In this document: one piece after another, positions 60,552 through 64,000 of the stretch | Numbering within the stretch: position 1 is the first letter of the stretch | How the letters are laid out: the number at the start of each line of letters is the position of its first letter | Source of the DNA: Macrostomum hystrix | Lineage: Eukaryota > Animalia > Platyhelminthes | Assembly (NCBI GenBank): GCA_950097015.1 | Contig: CATNEN010000035.1 | Span: 992,001-1,056,000, forward strand | Direction: 5' to 3' | DNA length: 64,000 nt | Translations under genes and position numbers: made by a program | The notes under the pieces: generated by a model | Told to the model about the DNA's origin: nothing | What the model saw: the letters and a program-made list of their open reading frames with translations, nothing else | Databases searched by the model: none

Positions 60552-62963
60552 TTAGTTACTAGTACGCCCCATTGTTCTGTTTTCTAGTGATTTGCATATC
60601 ATCTTGGCGGCCTTTTTCAGTGCTTCTGCAGCCAGCTCGTCTTGAGTCTTCAACTTTCGCTTCAGCAGCTTGGCGTCATCATGTAGAGCTTTGGCCTCTC
60701 GCTCTTCTAAAGTCCTCATTTTTTTCTGATACTCGAGCAGCATAGCCGAAGCAGCTCGCTTCTCAGCTTCAATTATTTCACGCTCTGCAGCCAACTTTTT
60801 TTCAGCCGCCTCCAATTCCATCTTCTTCTTGTTTACTTCAATCTCAGCAGCAAGCTGCTCTTCCAACTGTTTAGCGGCAATCCGTGCATCTTTCTTGGCC
60901 TTATCAGCATCTCTTTGCTGTTGAAGGAATTCCATGTACACTGAACGAGCCTTCCCAGCAGACTGAACGTAGACGTCTGTCAATGGAAAGTTTTCGCAGG
61001 TTGTAGGCTCCTCACCAACTAGCCCAGATTGGCGGATGTAGTGTCGAACAAAAAGGCAGGCATCAATAGACAATTCACCAAGCTTGTTGCGTTTTTTTCG
61101 TTAACAAGTCCGATAACTCGCTAAAGACTCGCTCTACTGCAGCGTTGCCTGGCTGAATGGTCAGAGCACCCAAAGCTAGTCGGGTTAGTGTGCCGTACTT
61201 TTTTTGACCACCAAGCTCTAGGGCTGACACGCGAAGCCAAAATGTAACCACATCATTGTCCTTAGCCAAAGCCACTACCTGTTGGTCAACGAGGAAGCAT
61301 CGCCATTCGGAATCAATTTTTGATACGGAATCAGGTGTATATTCCATTTGTTTGGCTAGGTTACATGCAGCAAGCGATGTAGTAGCTGCTGCGAGACCGA
61401 CTTTCATAGGATATTGCGGATCCAGAAATTGTAGCGAGCGTAAGACAGGATTCGACAGAGGCAAATGTTCTTGCAAGTACAATGCAAGTTCACGATAGAA
61501 GGTGCGAACACGTAGGAAAAAGAGCTTCTGTTGAGTGTCCGACAAGCCTTTTTTTAATGTCTCTTTAGCTGCTTCGCCGATAAAGATGGCTTCATTAGAG
61601 AGGAAGTATTTGCCTTCCAACGACAAATTTCTCAAATGTCGATTGTTCTCCTGAATGTGCGCTGGATTTAAAAAGAATGACAAAGTCTGCCTAAACAAAT
61701 TGCGGACTTCTCCATGCAAAAGATGGACACACGGCTCCTCTGTCTGAAATGCCTTCTCGAATTGGTCTAGATGCGGCAAGACAGCAGCCAGAAATTGCAG
61801 ATTAAGCAGTGTATGCGTCGACTTTAGGTGCTCAGCAATTTCTTTGGTCTTTTTGGTCTTTTGCTCAATCAGAGATGGATTCTTCACAAAGAATTCTTCC
61901 AGAGAATCATATTGCTCAATAAGCCTATTAACAACAGGCAAAAGCTGCACCCATCTTGTTTCAACGCGCCGCAACATGCGATGCTGGGCCACTTGAAGCA
62001 GTGACTGAACTTTGTTATAACGCGTCCACCTTTTCGAGGTCTGAAAGTAGGAGAACACTTCATCAGCGAAGTCCTCTACATTTCCATCAAAGGCTTCACA
62101 TGCACGTCGAACCGCATTGGAGACAATATGCAAACTGCATGGTCCAATGGAAACAAGATGAGATGCAAAGTCATGCATTATTTTTTGGAAGCCGTTAAAC
62201 TTTCCAACCATAACTGCTGGTCCATCTGTTGATATGCTAACACAGTTCCTAATCGGAATGTTGAATTCATCGAGAATCTTCAAAACTTCCTCTTTCAGAG
62301 CAGCGGCTGAGCAGTCAGAAACTTCAACTGTTTTCAAGGCAGTTGTACACAGCCTTCCCTTCTTCGACGACACAAATGATATTACAACTGCCATGTGCTT
62401 TCGTGCCCCATCAGATGACTCGTCAATAGAAAGGGAAAACAGTCCGCAGCCAGAGTTCAAGTCTTGAATCATCTCATCACGCATCACTGGTGCAAGAGCG
62501 TGATTAACAAGATAGCACAGTTTTGTGCGATGGCACTTCATGTCTTGAGCAATTTGCTATCATGAAACATAGCTGGGTACACACCCGAGTGGTCGGCTGT
62601 ATTGTACGCAATATTGTGCTCAATAAAATGGATTCCAAGTCGCAGCTCTGCCATTAGCACTTCTGCGTCAGCCTTCTTCATGGCAGTGAAAGATGGCTTG
62701 CTGCCTTGAGTAGGAAAAAAGTGTGCTATCCCAGTCTCATTCATGACTGGCAATCGACTCTTGTGCTTCTTGCCTTGGGCGTGGGCTGTAACTGCGCCGA
62801 ACCCACTAGTGCCGAGGTGAAATGATTTTTTGCACACGGTGCAGAAGCCAAGCAGTTCGTCACTTCGATCAGGCTGAAGCCACTCGCTAAGGACTCGTCC
62901 ATCAATGGATCGCTGTAACCACTCATGTCGAAATGCTGTTGCACGAGGCTTGCTTAGAGACAT
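60552..62963 (-). pseudogene. hAT transposase (zinc finger, DDE, dimerisation region, coiled-coil tail), ~803 aa after correcting two compensating frameshifts
   Basis: Three ORFs: CTVCKK...HAQGKKH finger; SIDESSD, STDGPAVM, CSLH, TRW and AVERVFS motifs. Adding one A at 62553-55 gives DSKIAQDMKCHRTK; removing one A at 61092-98 gives TKKRNKLGELSIDA. Confidence 0.88.
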
Positions 62964-63707
62964 CTCACTACGAGGGTACGAGCGTATTCTCAGAATATTT
63001 TTTCAGTTATTGTCTTATTGAGTTAAACGCAAGTCGCAAAGGCAGCAAAGCTGAAAAATAAGTTGAGCTACTTTGTAAAGTCTTTCTAGCCAACCTGATC
63101 TATTTAATTAACTATTGGTATTGACTCATTAAACTCGCTTCCAGACTCATTAGGTTCCAATTTCCATTCTAGCTCTATGCGAAAAACTAAGTTTCCTAGT
63201 AAGAGGGTGGCGGTGGAACATAGACTAAACTAAGAACTACAATCAATAAAGAAATGAACTTTTAAACAGTAGTATAATGTGTACAAATAATTAAGGAGAA
63301 TTCCAACAAATAGAAAATACTAGATATTGACAAATATATATATATATAAGATATTTAGTATATAGATTGTATAAAACTAAAGTGTGTCCTCAATTCCTCA
63401 TATATTCAAATATCAGAGCAAAATCGGAGCAACCAAATTTCCGCAGATTGCAAAATTCCTCTTGATTTTCCACAGGCGAGCCAGAAATTCCGCATTGCGG
63501 AATTTCCGCAGGTAGTGGGAACACTGCCCCCTAATCAAATAATGCTACTCAAATGTAAGTACTTTTGTAAATTTTAATTACTATTCGCAATAGGGCTGTA
63601 GGAACTGGGAAATCAATATAAAGTCAGTCGACCTAGAGCCAACTAGGAGGCAATAATGCCCATTCCGTACCCTACAATGTACACTCTCACATTACACCTA
63701 CCAATGC

Positions 63708-63774
63708 TGCCTCGCCGGGGATTCGAACTCAGGGACCTTGGTGCGAGAGTAGGATGCGCTACCACTTCGCGACT
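63708..63774 (-). mobile_element. tRNA-derived SINE head, copy C
   Basis: Shares CTCTCGCACCAAGGTCCCTGAGTTCGA...GGCGAGGC with copies A and B; the 3' body differs. Confidence 0.7.
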
Positions 63775-64000
63775 AAACTACAATTTTTCCAGATCTGATT
63801 AATTTCTAGTGGGGTAGGCGGGACTAGCATAAAGAGCTACACAGGTAAAAAACATAAACTATGCACAACCAAGAAAAAATTTAACTTAGTAAAGCAACAG
63901 ATAAGACAGTGGCCTGGTCGATACACAACAGTCGTTTGTACAAACAGGCAGGCGGGGGGCAGAAAGCTGGGTCGGTGATACAGGGAGGAATCTGAAAAAG

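Larger units (their letters stand above)
59857..63526 (-). mobile_element. Full-length hAT DNA transposon (3670 bp) in a glycogen phosphorylase intron
   Basis: 13-bp perfect TIR CAGTGTTCCCACT / AGTGGGAACACTG. 8-bp TSD CCCCCTAA at 59849-59856 and 63527-63534. Subterminal TTCCGCA motifs at both ends; encodes a transposase. Confidence 0.95.

Noticed and set aside
62538-62560. Programmed ribosomal frameshift in the transposase
   Set aside because: No X XXY YYZ slippery site or downstream structure at this junction; simple homopolymer indels explain both shifts.
63890-64000. Penultimate glycogen phosphorylase exon
   Set aside because: The frames examined after the CTTTTTCAG acceptor do not give the expected ADYxxY...Q motif.

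Overview
Eukaryotic (metazoan) genomic DNA, not prokaryotic. GC-rich exons sit in AT-rich sequence, and about 28 tandem-repeat tracts fill roughly 40% of the window. This style resembles the free-living flatworm Macrostomum, but that is an inference only. Six host genes can be reconstructed, all on the minus strand: an intronless neprilysin (M13)-fold protein lacking its zinc motif, an NPDC1/CAB-1-like membrane protein, a predicted two-domain GT32 (DxD) glycosyltransferase, a two-Tudor-domain protein, a POGZ/ZNF280-like zinc-finger protein, and the last exon of glycogen phosphorylase. Mobile DNA comprises a full-length 3.67-kb hAT transposon with perfect TIRs and an 8-bp TSD, two hAT-type MITEs and a tRNA-headed SINE family. 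Most long ORFs in the supplied track are stop-free minisatellites rather than genes. The most interesting leads are: (1) the tandem GT32 fusion with one broken and one intact DxD motif; (2) the neprilysin pseudo-peptidase; (3) a multi-hairpin island at 38.65 kb that may be a spliced-leader-like RNA; (4) splice acceptors just upstream of four consecutive start codons, suggesting trans-splicing or an operon; (5) traces of how individual minisatellites arose. All protein family assignments are by motif recognition from memory; no database searches were run. Repeat-array boundaries are approximate.
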